Below are positions 29,736 through 43,243 of a stretch of DNA of 64,000 nt, in pieces (within the stretch, counting starts at the first letter, position 1; every line of letters starts with the position of its first letter). Both the position numbers and the translations under genes were made by a program. Under the pieces are notes generated by a model, which ran no database searches, was not told where the DNA came from, and saw only the letters and a list, made by a program, of their open reading frames with translations. Location: sequence record KU521356.1, one strand, 5' to 3'.

Positions 29736-30836
29736 ATGAATTATCGTAATAGCAAACTTACGTTAGTCCAGCAGAAGTGGATTGATCGTTTTATCTCCAT
29801 TGCTATGGAGGTTGATAATGGCCGTGCAATTTCCAATGCATATCGCTATACTCTTAATGAACAGGGAATTAGTTCAGATAGTGAAGATCTACGTATTCAC
29901 TATCCTTTTGGAGTTGATAGAAAAGAATTCATCAAAGAACAAATTTACAAACTATGTGATGAAGTTATAAGCCCTTTAAATCTGAAAGCATTCAGAATTA
30001 GTGGTGGTTTTGCATTACTAGATGATGAAGGAATCATTGGTTTCCTAATGAATGGAATGGAAGGTACCACTAGTCAGAACTTTAGATTATACTCCAATGA
30101 AGAACTGATCAAAGTATTTAAATTACGTTTTGAAGAAGTATTTGATCAGACTCGTCCACCTAGTATTAAAAGAATTCGGGTTAACTATCAAAATAATGAA
30201 CTATATAGCTTTAGTGAAGTTATTTCTGTTCGTAACTACAATCCAAATATGATGGAAATGTATCCATTCCTAGATCGATCTCCAGCTGAAATCTGGACTG
30301 AATTCGCTGCATCTGAATCTAATGTTCTACTATTGATTGGTCCTCCTGGTACTGGTAAGTCTAATTATATCAATGAGATTATTCGGGCTCGTGGTTATAA
30401 TGATCGTAATGTGTATCTAGCTGATCAAGATGATGTACTTGGCCACGCCGGTTTGACTAATTTTATTCGTGGTGTTGAGGATAATTCACTCATTATTACA
30501 GAAGACTCTGATAAAATGGTGGCTAAACGTGTAGATGGTAATAGTAATATGTCAGGGCTATTAAATGCTACAGCTGGTCTAGTATCTACTAAGACCAAGA
30601 TTATCATTTCTACTAATCTTCCGACTCTTCGTGATGTTGATGAAGCTTTAGTTCGACCTGGCCGTGCTTTCGATATTCTTACCTTCAAAACACTTACTGC
30701 TGAACAAGCGAATGCAGCTCGTTTAGCTAATGGTCTAGATCCAGTTGAGTTTGTCGGTAATAATCTTACTTTAGCTGAAGCATTGAATACTAGTTCTTGC
30801 AGTAGCCAACGCAAAGCAAGTCGTGTAGGTTTCTAA
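29736..30836 (+). CDS. AAA+ ATPase
   Basis: Walker A GPPGTGKS, Walker B-like IITEDSD, sensor/arginine finger IISTN...DEALVRPGRAFD. Confidence 0.85.
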   Translation: MNYRNSKLTLVQQKWIDRFISIAMEVDNGRAISNAYRYTLNEQGISSDSEDLRIHYPFGVDRKEFIKEQIYKLCDEVISPLNLKAFRISGGFALLDDEGIIGFLMNGMEGTTSQNFRLYSNEELIKVFKLRFEEVFDQTRPPSIKRIRVNYQNNELYSFSEVISVRNYNPNMMEMYPFLDRSPAEIWTEFAASESNVLLLIGPPGTGKSNYINEIIRARGYNDRNVYLADQDDVLGHAGLTNFIRGVEDNSLIITEDSDKMVAKRVDGNSNMSGLLNATAGLVSTKTKIIISTNLPTLRDVDEALVRPGRAFDILTFKTLTAEQANAARLANGLDPVEFVGNNLTLAEALNTSSCSSQRKASRVGF

Positions 30837-30943
30837 GGAAAAGTAAGCTGCTTTTAAACTAGCGAAGAAACATGAATTCCAACGTGTTATTTATAATCCT
30901 GATGACCTTAAAGTAAAGCATTATTTCACATACGGAGATCAGC

Positions 30944-33852
30944 ATGCAGCGCAATAATGACCCGCAGCAAGTAATCATGTCGATTGAGATGTACAATAGC
31001 CTACTGGCTATGGCTAATGATTCACCTCATTACACGACAAAACTTATCCAACGTCACGTGCGAAAGATGAATCCTTTTTTACAACCTGCACATCTAAAGA
31101 ATGTCAGAACTAAGGAAGCTATTCGGTCCCAACGTATTCGTGAAGCTCGGGCTTTCTTCGAAGCCAATCATAGAAAAATTCTGTACGCAAAGGTTGATAT
31201 GGGTAACTGTAAAAAAGGAGATGATCCGGTTTACTTCCCATGCATATCTGAACGTATTGCCAAGAATAGACAACTAATCCAAGTTCGTCATGCCAATGAA
31301 GTTGGTTATGGACGGTGCATCCGGTTGGTAGAGGCTAAATATCTCACAACCATTATTCCTGATGGATATATCCAAGGAACTGGGCCGTATAAAAAATATC
31401 TTGTTAAAGAGAATGGTCCTTACGATATCCGTGAACAAGAAGAAAAACGTAAACAAGCTTTTTCGAGTGAGATAGCTAAGAAGTTTGAGTTCAAACATGA
31501 TTCTTACGATATGGATAATCTCAAAAAGAATTATTATACACAATGAGATTAGTATAAATGGACATTAGTTTATCTCCAGTATGAGTATTCCAACTTCTTA
31601 AATATTACTAAAGAGCAGACTATGAATATATCAGTGTTTGCTCTTTGGAGGTAATTACTCTGGAGCATCTAATATGTGTGCAATTCCTGTAATACCTGTA
31701 TCAAATGACATCACTATTATTAAGCCAGGTGATACAGTTTGGTCAACAGGTGTTCTCGGTATGAAAGCATCCTGTGAGCATCCACCAGCGCTATTCTGTA
31801 TACGGGGTGATGAACTTGAAGTTCTAGAAATTAGCCCTCCCACGGAATATGAGAAAAAAGAAATGTATAAGTGCCGCTTAAAAAGAGGCACTGGTCATTT
31901 CTGGATTTATCGTAGTGGGTTTACTAAAACAAAGCCATTTAATCACAATATGACTGGTTATGAGTTTTGGGATGGTGAGAAAATTAGAGAATATGGTGGG
32001 TATTAGAGTAAAAGAAAATGACTAGCGAAAATAATAAATCAGACATACAACATGAACAAGAAGAACCACCCATATTCAAGATGCTTTTTCTAAGTGCAGT
32101 TATAGGTGGATCATTATGGGAAATAATTAGACAGTGGTTTTAGCCACTGTCTTTATAATGTATTTTGAGTTATAAAAATGTCCATAGAAAAAGCCTATTC
32201 CAATTTAATAGCTTCAATTAAAACAGTTAGAAAACATTTTCCTAAATTAATTCAAGAGAAGAATTTAGATGAGGAATTACGACGGGAGTTTACGACTCCT
32301 ATTCAATTCGACCCGACTAAGAAATCGGGAAACTCCTTTTGATAACGAACAGTCAGAAATGGATAAGTTAAAACCAATCGATGACTTTTGGAAAACTAAA
32401 ACAATTAAACCATCAGATGCTTATTTAGAAAGAAAGAATGAGCAACTAAAGATGATTAATCCGCATAAAGTTTATAATCCATTCAATGAAAAAGATACGG
32501 TATTAAAACCTATTTCTAAATTATAAAAAGGATTTACTATGAAACAAGATCATCAATTCTGGCATGATAAACCATTTTCAGAAAATGAAGTTAGGAAGAA
32601 ACTTGGCGGATCGTCATTATCCAAACTAAGTACAGAACAGATTTTAGAAGAGTGGCGAACAGAACATATTGAACGTAATACTCCTTTAAGTAAAAGGCTA
32701 TATGACATTCGTAATAAAGCCATCAATGATTACTCACTTACTGATAATCAACAAGTTAATAATTTGTTGCAATGTGCAGTGGATCAAGTCTTAGCAGATG
32801 TGATCATTATGTTAGATGGTTCAGTGCCACATAAGCAATTTCAAATTTCTGAATATGAAATTGAAATGGACAGTAAGGAATTATCGATTAAAGAACATAC
32901 TCGTCCAATAACTGAAGATCTACTAAAAAATTATTTTGAATTGGTGAATGGCAAATGACTGAACGTATTCATTACTCAGATCGTAAGTTACCGCTGTGTT
33001 TTAAAGGTGTTTATGACATTCCAGTTGTAACCATCGAAAACTATTGTAAGTGGTATGGTCTTAATATTGTCTATCCAGATGGGCGTGTTGAATGGGTTGA
33101 CACTGATTTACTTGCTGAAATAGAACGGGAAAGCAAGTTCTCAGTAATGGGTGATCACAACTATCATCCAATTCTGCTGGACAAAGTAGCTGAGAAGATT
33201 GGCGGGGTGGCATGTGAGGTTGCACGTGAGTTGATGACTGGTCGTTGGGTACTAGAGGTTATGGACGGTAAAATCCCTGGTCAAGAAAAATTCTGTTAAA
33301 TGGATGATTAAAATGGGTATTGATGTTTTCCCTGTAGTTACCAAACGTTCCACACGTTCTTCAGATGGTGCACGTGTACTTAAATTCATTGACATGCATA
33401 CATGCGAGGCTCTTAACTTTAGCCGTTGCTATTATCTTTGGGATTGGTTAACCGATAATAATGAGTATACCAACCGATTCTGTCGACCGACTCTTAAAGG
33501 CTGTGGATTTGGTACACTCGTCAGTGATGACTCGCATCCAGTATGGAACAACTTTGAAGGTCGCCTTTCACAAATTGTCAATTCCAAACAGGACAATCTA
33601 ACACCGTACGCCTATTATAGTGAAGATGGTTGGTACCCACTTACAATGATCTTCAATATGGAAGACCTCTGGAACTTCGATTATGATCAGAAGCCAACGA
33701 TGTTCGATCAAGATGTTAATGGTGAAGTCATTTCGGAAAAAACCTATCGCCAGCTATTTTTGAGCAATAGTGTGGATGATGGTTATTTCAAGTTCCTGGA
33801 AGAAACTAAAAAGATGGAGTGTGTTCACTTCATCGCCCGATTCTGGGGATGA
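30944..33852 (+). other. Hypothetical CDSs: 30944-31546, 31674-32006, 32018-32143, 32178-32342, 32359-32526, 32539-32958, 32955-33299, 33304-33852
   Basis: Dense co-directional ORFs. The small ones were translated manually, and starts were adjusted to RBS positions. Confidence 0.6.
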
Positions 33853-33875
33853 TTACTTAACAGGAAAAGTTAAAA

Positions 33876-34445
33876 ATGGCTATTCTATCTGATAAAACAA
33901 TCACTGACTTATCTAAAGGTCGTGAACCAATGATTACGGATTTCATTGGTCACCAGGTCCGTGAAAAAGATGGTAAAAAGATTATTAGTTATGGGCTTAG
34001 TTCATATGGGTACGATGTAAGGCTAGCCCGTAATTTTAAGATCTTTTCTAATGTAACAAGTGCAGTTATTGACCCATTAGACCCTAGTGATGGATTCTTA
34101 GTAGATTGGACTGGTGATTATTGTATTATTCCACCTAACAGTTATATTCTTGGTCATACTGTAGAATCGTTTAATATTCCAGATGATGTCCTAGCTATTT
34201 GCACAGGTAAATCAACCTATGCACGACTAGGTGCAATTGTTAATGTCACTCCTATTGAACCAGGTTTCAAAGGACAAGTCGTTATTGAGATTGCAAACTG
34301 CACTACACTACCTCTAAAAATTTATGCTGATATGGGTATTGCTCAGTTTATGTTCTTTAGAGGTGATGCCCCATGTGAAGTTAGTTATGCAAAACGTAAT
34401 GGTAAATATCAAAATCAAATTGGTATCACAACAGCGAGACTTTAA
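33876..34445 (+). CDS. dcd: dCTP deaminase
   Basis: SYGLSSYGYDVRL, GKSTYARLG, VTPIEPGFKGQVVIEIAN and YQNQIGIT motifs. Confidence 0.95.
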   Translation: MAILSDKTITDLSKGREPMITDFIGHQVREKDGKKIISYGLSSYGYDVRLARNFKIFSNVTSAVIDPLDPSDGFLVDWTGDYCIIPPNSYILGHTVESFNIPDDVLAICTGKSTYARLGAIVNVTPIEPGFKGQVVIEIANCTTLPLKIYADMGIAQFMFFRGDAPCEVSYAKRNGKYQNQIGITTARL

Positions 34446-34727
34446 TAATGCTTAGTCCTAACCAAGAAAAGTTTGTCAGTCGGCTAACTGAAATTACAAA
34501 GGCATCTGATTCAGAACTTTGTGCAGTTAATGATACAATCTCATTTGATATTTCAACTGATAACATGCATGCTGAATTCTTTAATTTGGTTGCTGAACTG
34601 CATTTTAAGATTGTTCATATGTTTCCAATTAACCAATATAACACTCGTTATCGGGTTGTTATTCATGAACCATTCTATCTATGATTGACCAACATAGTGG
34701 TTTATACATTTAAAGCATTTTAAACAG

Positions 34728-34735
34728 TATATCAC
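34728..34735 (+). promoter_or_regulatory. Early-promoter variant TATATCAC
   Basis: The context 34708-34745 is 37/38 identical to the TATATTAC promoter region at 60666-60703. Confidence 0.6.
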
Positions 34736-35741
34736 AAATGTGATATAATCAACATATATAGGAGATTCTAATACATGTCACGCAATACTATTTCTTCCTG
34801 GAGTGAACTTGGTTCAATGCTGGGTGTACAGCCGAAGCCGGTTCAGAAGAAACAGAAAAATCGAGCTAAAAAGAATCATGAAGCTGCGGTTCGTAAAAAT
34901 TCTAGGGAAACCTTTATGGACATTGCTGCAAAACAAACTAAATCAAGTCCTAACTTCCGTAAGAACAAACAAAAAGATGTTCGTCATTGCAGTGTATGTG
35001 ATAATATTAAACTAAAAGAAAATGGTATCGAAGAAGGGCGGGCCAAACCAATTGGTATGACCGAATTAGCTAAGTTCAAAGTTGAGCTAGCAAAAAATGG
35101 TCTTGAGCTATTCGGTTGTGAAGTACGTAAGCAAGAATCTTTTGCAGATGCATTTTATGGTAATAATACCATTTGTGAAGAAACTGCAAAGCTGATTAAA
35201 GCATACCAGGAAGAGTTTGATTCAGTCTTCCGCCGCGCTATTACTGCCTAACGATATAGGGGACCTTCTGGTCCCCTTAGTCATTATTATTTTTTTTGGA
35301 TTTTAGCTATGGATGATATTGAAAAGAAAATAGCCAAAATGGAAGCTCTATTTAGGTACCATGGTATTACCGTTGATATTAACCATAAGTTGAAACCTAA
35401 TGCTAAGACAAAATTAACTCGTGCGGAAATTAACCGATTACAAATACAATATGATAAGCTTTTAGCTGAACGCGAAGAAGCTTTAAAAGCAATTCCTTAA
35501 ATTATTGAGGATTTATAAAATGTTCAAGCGCGTTATGAGATATATTCGTGTTTTGAAATTAATTGTTATTTTCTATGTTAGGCGACAACTGGGTTTACAC
35601 GATTATTGTACACGAAAAAATACAATTGCATTAGATCGTGAAAATAATAAACGTGTTCAAATAAATGCTATTTCTCGTAAAGTCGAAGAAGCATTATTTA
35701 AAGTTGAACTAGCTGCGATAATGAGTAAGCGGTAATGTTGT

Positions 35742-35801
35742 CATAAAGCCCTCCCTTCGGGGAGGGCTATTGCACTAAATTTTATTTGAGATCTACATTA
35801 T
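35742..35801 (+). repeat. Terminator-promoter cassette, copy 1
   Basis: 58/60 identical to 51213-51272. Confidence 0.85.
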
Positions 35802-38800
35802 AGATTAGCATATACTAATGGAAACATCTACATGAGGTAATTATCGTGAACGAAGCTATTATTTCACTGGACCGCAGAGGAGCCCATCATTTAGGATCTC
35901 GCGGTTATCCAATTAGATCAATTGGAGATGTTACAGTATTTGATTTGAATCATAATCAACTATATCCCAAAATCCATTCTCTTAAAGATCAAAATCATGA
36001 TGGATGGCACTCCATTAGTGTTGATGATGAAAATGGAGTAACAGCATATACGTTTGTTTTGAATATGGATCTTAATCTAGGATGGCTAAGACCTAAGCAG
36101 CCTAATGTTGGTGGTGGATATATCAAAATCAAATTTGAACAATAAGCGGTGTGTACACCGCTTTTATTCCGTGTTTATACTCAAAAGGTAATTTATGATT
36201 ATGTTTAAGTACTTAAAAAATGTTATTGATATTTTTAACAAACCAAAAAAGGTAGATACATTAGAACAAAAGATAGCTAATCTAAATGATAAATACATCA
36301 GAGAAAATGTAGATGTTGATCAAATTGATATTCTGTCAGGTTATTTCACAGGAATGCTATCTGGGAAATTACATGATCGAAGTTTAGTATGGGGTTATTA
36401 TACCAAAGAAACTAAGACATGGATGATTTATTTTGTTGAACAAAATTTTGATTCATTCATGTATAAAGTAACTAATAATTCATTAGATATTATTAATCTA
36501 ACTGATATAGAAGATCTTAAATTATTCTATTTCTCTAATGAACAATACATACCTGTAAATACACCAATCAATAGTGATCTAAATGTGGCTGTAATTTTCA
36601 CATCAAAACCACTCACTAAGGATTTCATTGATCCATCTTTAATAGATCAAGTTAAATCAGTTAATAGTAATTACAAGATTGTGATGGGTGGGTTATCTAA
36701 TAATTCCAAATTTGATAGTAACCCAATAACTCTAATTGTAGAGTCTTATGAAGCAGATGGTGATATCGTCGTAGTTGAACTAACTAATGGTACAACTGTG
36801 GCCATCAATAGAAAACTACTTAATATGTTTATGTATCAGTCAAGAATAGTTGATACATGTAATAACTCAAAAGTGCTTATAGATTTCAATGGACGGCTAA
36901 AGTTCACACCTATGGAGAATCATTTAGGTGGTATAAATAGTGCAATGCATTATTGGTCAAGTAATGGAATTATCAAAATTAGGTGTGACTATAGTATCAT
37001 ATTAGATCTAGATAAGTTTCCAGAGATTGCTAATCATATTGGAAACTGGATACATATTGAAGCTAAGACAATTGCAAAAGTAATTGACTCGGTTGTGGTA
37101 CCATACTTAACAAATGGGGAGCTTAGTACGCTCATTGTTGATTTAGATAATATCGATATTCAGTATCGTGGTTTAACATTATCTGGTAATATCAGCTTGC
37201 GTGATCGTTTAGATAAATGCAAAATCAAACTGATAAATCCATCAACTGATCCATATGAGATACCTAGTCTAAATGGTAAACGTGATGTCCATGGTTTTTA
37301 TAGAGTAGATGGAAGTTTATTAAAATGATTAAATTAGTGATTAGTCTTTTTTATAAAATAGTTAATGAAAAGATGTCACCCACATATAAGAAATTAGTTA
37401 CATTAGATAGAAATGGATACATTTTCAATAATAAACAAGATCTGTATTCGATTAATCTTTCACTCTATCTTGAACTTATTCATTCAGTGACGAATGACTA
37501 TATTGTTCAAGAAATTATAATGTGTCTAAGTTCTAAGCCACAAGCAGTGAAAGAACTATTCCTTGAAGACCTAAGTACTAATAATCAACTACATTATTCA
37601 TTGTTAGCTTGTAAAATAATGAATGAGAGGAAAATCATTAATAAGAATATTAATAAAGCGTGTGCTAAAAATATGGCTACTTTTTTAAAGGGCTATTTCC
37701 CAAGAGACTACTTCACTTGGTATAGTTGTCTCTATTTAGCGCTATCGGCTAAAAGTAAAGCTGAGAATAACAAAGTATCTGTTATTAATGAGTAAATACA
37801 ATACTATGTAGTAGTATTTCTATTACGTACCTTTCGAGGCATATACTCCATGACTTATGTTGTGGGGTATATGTGTTATAATGTTTAAGAGGTTAAAATG
37901 CAAAAGCAACTAAATTCTGATGATCTAGATGTTCTTGACTCCTTTAATGCAGCATGGGAAATTGTTAAGGAAGAACATACTGATCTATTCTCACGTATAG
38001 CGATGATGGCTATTAATAAGTTAACTGATGATGATATCTCAGTCAATGATACTAAAGTAAGTATTCAACAAGTAGTTAATTTCCATGAGCGAATTCGAGA
38101 TATCATTCCTAGCTCTGAGATTGTTAATCTTACGATTGTTAAAACTATCTTAGGTGAAATGAATGGTTGGTTAGAATTTGATGAACTTAATGAAGAACTA
38201 TTTACAGCTTTAGGCAAAGCTTATAGCACTGTTAACTTTAATTGATCATTAATATGAAAATTAAAACAATATAAGTGAGGCATGTGCCTCACTACATAGT
38301 AGAGGACTAACACATGCAGATTCAATTAGATCCATTAATGGTTTACCATGGTAGCACTAGATCTTTATTTAATGAAGATTCTAGTTTAAATGTTGTTGAT
38401 GTAAGGGGCATTCAATTAAATGCTGAAGGGATAGCTGATAACAAAAATTACTATTTTGATTATGGACGTAAGAAAGATGATGATGGTGAAATACTCACTA
38501 TTTACGTACATGATCGAAATGTAGCTAAAGATTTTATTGTACTGTACGTTGAATTCCATTTAGGCACACATAAATTTCATACGTATGTACATCCACAATA
38601 TCGGCATAAATTTCCAGTATTAGTACTGGAGTTATTATTCGTTTAATATTAAGGGACTCTTAATGAGAGTCCCTATTTATTTTGCGTAAGTGTATATATG
38701 AAAAAGAAAGCATTTATTGAAACTAGTCTAAAATATTCAAACACCAAATATAACAAAGCGATCATCTGTAATGAAATAAAATTCAAACGGTACTAAACAT

Positions 38801-41474
38801 ACTAACCCTATGAATTAAAACGCACGGTGGTTGTATGAAAATCTATGGTTCTTCTTTTCATGAGGTCACACTAGAATATGGAAAACCCTTTATACGCAAT
38901 GGGGTTTTAAAACATTTACCTGATCTAGGTACACCAGACTTAGGATGGACTGATTTTAATATCCTTGAAATTATTCCAGGACCAGGTTATATCGATAAGA
39001 ATACTCTAAACTTTTATAAAGAAAGAGATTGCTTATTTCCAGCAATCGTCAGGTTTACTGTATTTGAAGAAGAGCGTAATCGTATTATATCAACAATTAA
39101 TGTTGATCTGGCGAAAAAGGAATTAGAGTGGAATAAGACTGATCGTTTTTGGGAAATCGAAAACTTTGCAATTAGATTCCAATTAACTCAAAATCCTTAT
39201 TCAGTTTTATGGGCATCCAATGGATCACTATAGGTGTCATATGCTTACAATGGTTCCGTTATACCCTGGTGTGAGAGGATATCTTGAAGACTCGGTATTT
39301 TCAAAGAATGGGATTAATGATATTGGTTATCATAAATGGCTATCCCCTAAACGAGTGGTAGGTCCAGATGGGCTAATCATTAGTGAGGTAAAGATAACTC
39401 CACGTATAGCCAGAATGGAAGGCGAAGTAATTCTTAAAGTATGGGATAAATGGCGAAGAGCCCAGCCTAAGCTAGTTGCTACTGTGTATATTGATCCTAA
39501 AGATAATTCATACAGGGTAGAAGTAGAGCCTTTTTATGCATGTCGTCGGATATTACTTGAAGTGGATTTATGGGCTCAAGTAATACCTGGTGACCGTGCA
39601 CCATTTGTAAATGACTCTGTAGATGGTACATGGGCATCAAGAGATATTATTTAATGCTTATACCAATTAAACTTCGTAAGACATTTAAAAGACTGGGCAA
39701 AAGACATTCTAAAAGAGTGTTGGCTGCCCAGTCATCTTTTCTGCCGTTTGGTGAATTAACGTTGAGGAAGCAAAGAATGCCTAAGAAAAATAAAGAATAT
39801 ATTCTTGATGTTATTGATACTAATACTAAAGAACTACAGGCACAGATTAATACGTTAAGTGAACTTGTATGTGAACAACAGAAACAAATTAGTTTATTAA
39901 ACAGAACACTAGTTGAGTTACAAGATAATTTGAAAAAAAAGATAGGGATTAAAAATGAATGTAGTTGATGAGTACCTACTTTTGACCTTATTCTGGATAG
40001 TTGTTTTATTTTCATTTATCCATGTATCGCAACGTTATAAACGAATTAAAGAAAAACGAAGAGTTGATTTTCTAGTTAAAAGAGAATTAGTATATAATTA
40101 TTTCAAAGTAACAGATCCTTCTGAATTAACTAATGATTCTATAGAAAGTATTATACTTAAATTAATTGGTGATAATTATAGAAAATTAACAGATATGCAG
40201 AAATTAGTAATTAGGGCAGCAGCAGGTCGTGGTTATATGTATAACCCTAACAGACCAATTGGCAAACATTTGAAATATATGTGAGTTATAAAAATGTCAG
40301 AAAACCGCCCGTTATATATAGCTGCTATTAAAAAAGATCTTTTAAAAACAACAGGTTTGTATAAACCTTATAATGATTCACCAATAGCTGTGGTTAGTAA
40401 TGAAACCAGTAAGTGGCATGTAATGCTAAATATATTACGACATGGTTGGGAATGGATTGAAATACCTGAAGGTGAGATTAAACAACCGGAAAGTTACCAT
40501 GACTATGTTATTCTAGCATTAACCACTGTATTAACTGATACTTTAGATTATAAAAATGATCCAAACTCTGATAAATATATCAAGCAAATAATCTGTACTG
40601 ATATAGCACTAAAAGTTGAATATGATAAATTAATCAATGTGCTAGAGACAAGTAACGAGTTAGATTTAGCTGATGAATACACCTTTACTAAACAAGGTAA
40701 TCTCAGAGGATATTTCCATTATGATGAGTATTATGGTTTAGATGTACTGGCATGTGCATCTTATGTGATCTGTTCACATATCGAACTAACACCTAGAAAT
40801 GTTAAATAATAGGAACTACTGATGAAAAAACGTACCGCTTATATCGATCGTGCTAAATTCCGAGATTTTCTAGCCGAGAAAAAAATTAGCGTAAGTAGCC
40901 GACAGTGGATTGAAAAGAGCCACCCAGATCATAAAGAATATTACAAGGCAATCCTAGATTACGTCGTATCTAATGTAAAATTCAAAGAAGAACGTTATAT
41001 TGAAAAGGCAAATGAGGTTATTATTAATGGGTGTATTCGATATCATCTACCCATTCACGCTCAACGTGCACTAACTGTAGTTGAAGAAGAATTCATTAAT
41101 AATGCTAGTCTTCAATTTACTTATCTGAATGATAATGATACTAATATTGCCAATATTAACTTTGAAGAAGTTCTTGATGCACAAGTAACTGAGAATGAAA
41201 CTGAACTAAGACAAAGTTGGGAATATGTCAATTGTGATATCAACCCATCAGAATACTTTATTGATGTTGTTGATGTACCAGAAGAACTAATTCTTCGTCT
41301 ATCTGTATTCCGTTTTGTACACAGTATCAAGAAACTGGAAGTAAAGGATAAGTTAGATCTTGCCGATGTTGTAGGTAAAGATCTAGTTATTGAAGATGGT
41401 AACGTTAAGGTTGTAGAATGATTTAAGGCTATTTTAGTAGCTTTATATTCTGATCTTAGCAACCTAGGTACAAC

Positions 41475-41843
41475 GTGATGCAATGTTTAACACACGTAAT
41501 GAAGTTAGTGGCCGTATTAAGTACGTTGTTATACGTATCAAACCCACTAGCTGCATCGTTGGTAGTTGACGAGAATTACTGTAATGGTGTTGCACTTATA
41601 GCACATGCCACAGCAGAAGCACGTCAGCGTAAAACACCCATTTTACAATGGGAAGAAAACCTACGATCCCTAAAAGGGTACGGCGTGAAGAACAAAGATA
41701 ACGTTCTTTACAATGTTCTCCCAGCAGCAATTAAAGAGGTGCACGTTGTGTATTCACGTAGACAAAGCCCACGTGATGCATACGTTACATCATTTAAAAC
41801 CTGTATGGATAACAACTACGGTAAAGCTGTGGTTGTAAAATAA
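41475..41843 (+). CDS. Exported two-cysteine helical protein (dispersed member of the 54.7-57.5 kb family)
   Basis: Signal-like N-terminus ending PLAA; mature Cys in DENYC and FKTCM. Confidence 0.55.
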   Translation: MMQCLTHVMKLVAVLSTLLYVSNPLAASLVVDENYCNGVALIAHATAEARQRKTPILQWEENLRSLKGYGVKNKDNVLYNVLPAAIKEVHVVYSRRQSPRDAYVTSFKTCMDNNYGKAVVVK

Positions 41844-41878
41844 ATACCAGCCCTTCGGGGCTGGTTTATTTCATCTAG

Positions 41879-43221
41879 ATGAGAATCTGTGGGTTGCAAA
41901 TGTATAAAGTATTTGTTATATCAATGATAACACTAACGGCTATATCAACATGTGTAACTTTCATTATTAATATAAAAAATCATTATATTCACTGGATGGG
42001 TGTTTATAAGGTTAGATATGTATTAGATAAAATGCCCAATGGCATAAGTTATTTTTTCTATCAAAATGCTGTCCAAGACATTATAGATAAAGAATCATCT
42101 AAAATAACAAATCAACATATTTTTACATCTTTTATTTACGATATCAACTCATTGATTATATTAAAATGTAATAATAGGGAAACAGCAAATGAATGATATC
42201 ATGACAGTAATTATAGGTATTTTGTTTCTGATTATAATGATGGCTTTAATTAACTGGGGTTATTATGCCATCAAACACACGATAAAGTGTAACAGGCTTT
42301 ATAAAGAAGCACTATCAATTATTGACAATATGAGTGATGGTTTATCTGAATACCAGTATACAGTAGCTATTGGACGTTTACGTAAAAAGGCATACTCTAT
42401 CGACCATTTAACTGCTGTTAAAATGTTTGAAGCATTAGACTTAGTTATTAAAGATAAGTCAAGAAAGAAAAATAAATAAGCATAAATAGGAGAGCTATTT
42501 AGCTCTCCTTTATTGCATTAAATTTTTTTTGAAATCTATATTACATATTTGGTCAAGTCATATCAAAATAGGTAGTTATAATGCTAGCATTACATTCACT
42601 ACTATTATTAGTTATAGTGATTTGTTATATAATTCATAAGTGGTTGTGGTATACTTTCAATATGTTTAAACTAAAAGACATTATTAAAAATAAAGACAAT
42701 TTAACTAATGATGAACTATTAAAATTACTCATTGATAAAATAAAGGCAACCTAATGTATCCATTCTTTACAGGTAATGAGAAAGTTACTGTAGATGTTCT
42801 TGATGATAAACATAATCTACATAGAAGTTGGACTGATTATAAACATCCCATCACGACGCGTGTGGACGGTAAACTAACCAATGTGTGGTATAAAGTTGAA
42901 CCACCGATGAGTGCTAAGGATATTGAAAATAACTTTACAATTGACAAAGATAAAGTTAAATTATCTAATCGTTTGCACCAAGCTTTAGATGCAACGTTGA
43001 TTAAAAATGAATTAGAAGAGTTTAACAAATTAATTGATCTATGTGTAAAACATGTTAATTCAGTTAGTATTCATCTAGGTCTTACTATTTGGAAATTAGC
43101 AGATACTGTAAAATATGAAAAAGCAGATTTAAAGAAACTATTTAATGCACATTATACCAAATCTACTGAACTTGTAAAAGAAAAGAATATAGTGCCCTCA
43201 GTAGAAGATATCTTCCTATAA
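41879..43221 (+). other. Hypothetical CDSs: 41879-42196, 42189-42479, 42581-42754 (57 aa, N-terminal TM segment, not in track), 42754-43221
   Basis: ORFs; 42581 lies directly after the early promoter at 42537. Confidence 0.55.
42537..42544 (+). promoter_or_regulatory. Early promoter core TATATTAC
   Basis: The 30 nt at 42516-42545 are identical to 57980-58009. Confidence 0.75.
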
Positions 43222-43243
43222 TTTATTTAAAGGTAATGCAAAT

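Larger units (their letters stand above)
34448..41421 (+). other. Hypothetical CDSs: 34448-34684, 34775-35251, 35309-35500, 35505-35735, 35846-36145, 36195-37328, 37325-37795, 37898-38245, 38314-38646, 38698-38796, 38835-39233, 39220-39654, 39630-39968, 39955-40284, 40294-40809, 40822-41421
   Basis: Co-directional ORFs with RBS-like motifs or overlapping start/stop codons; no family recognised. Confidence 0.6.

Noticed and set aside
30867-30905. Hammerhead ribozyme suggested by GAAAC...GTT...CTGATGA
   Set aside because: Stem III can form, but stem I closes on an A-C mismatch and no stem II pairs the sequence after CTGATGA with the sequence before GAAA.
32178-32526. Programmed frameshift joining 32178-32342 to 32359-32526
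   Set aside because: There is no canonical slippery heptamer or stimulatory structure; two separate small genes explain the sequence equally well.
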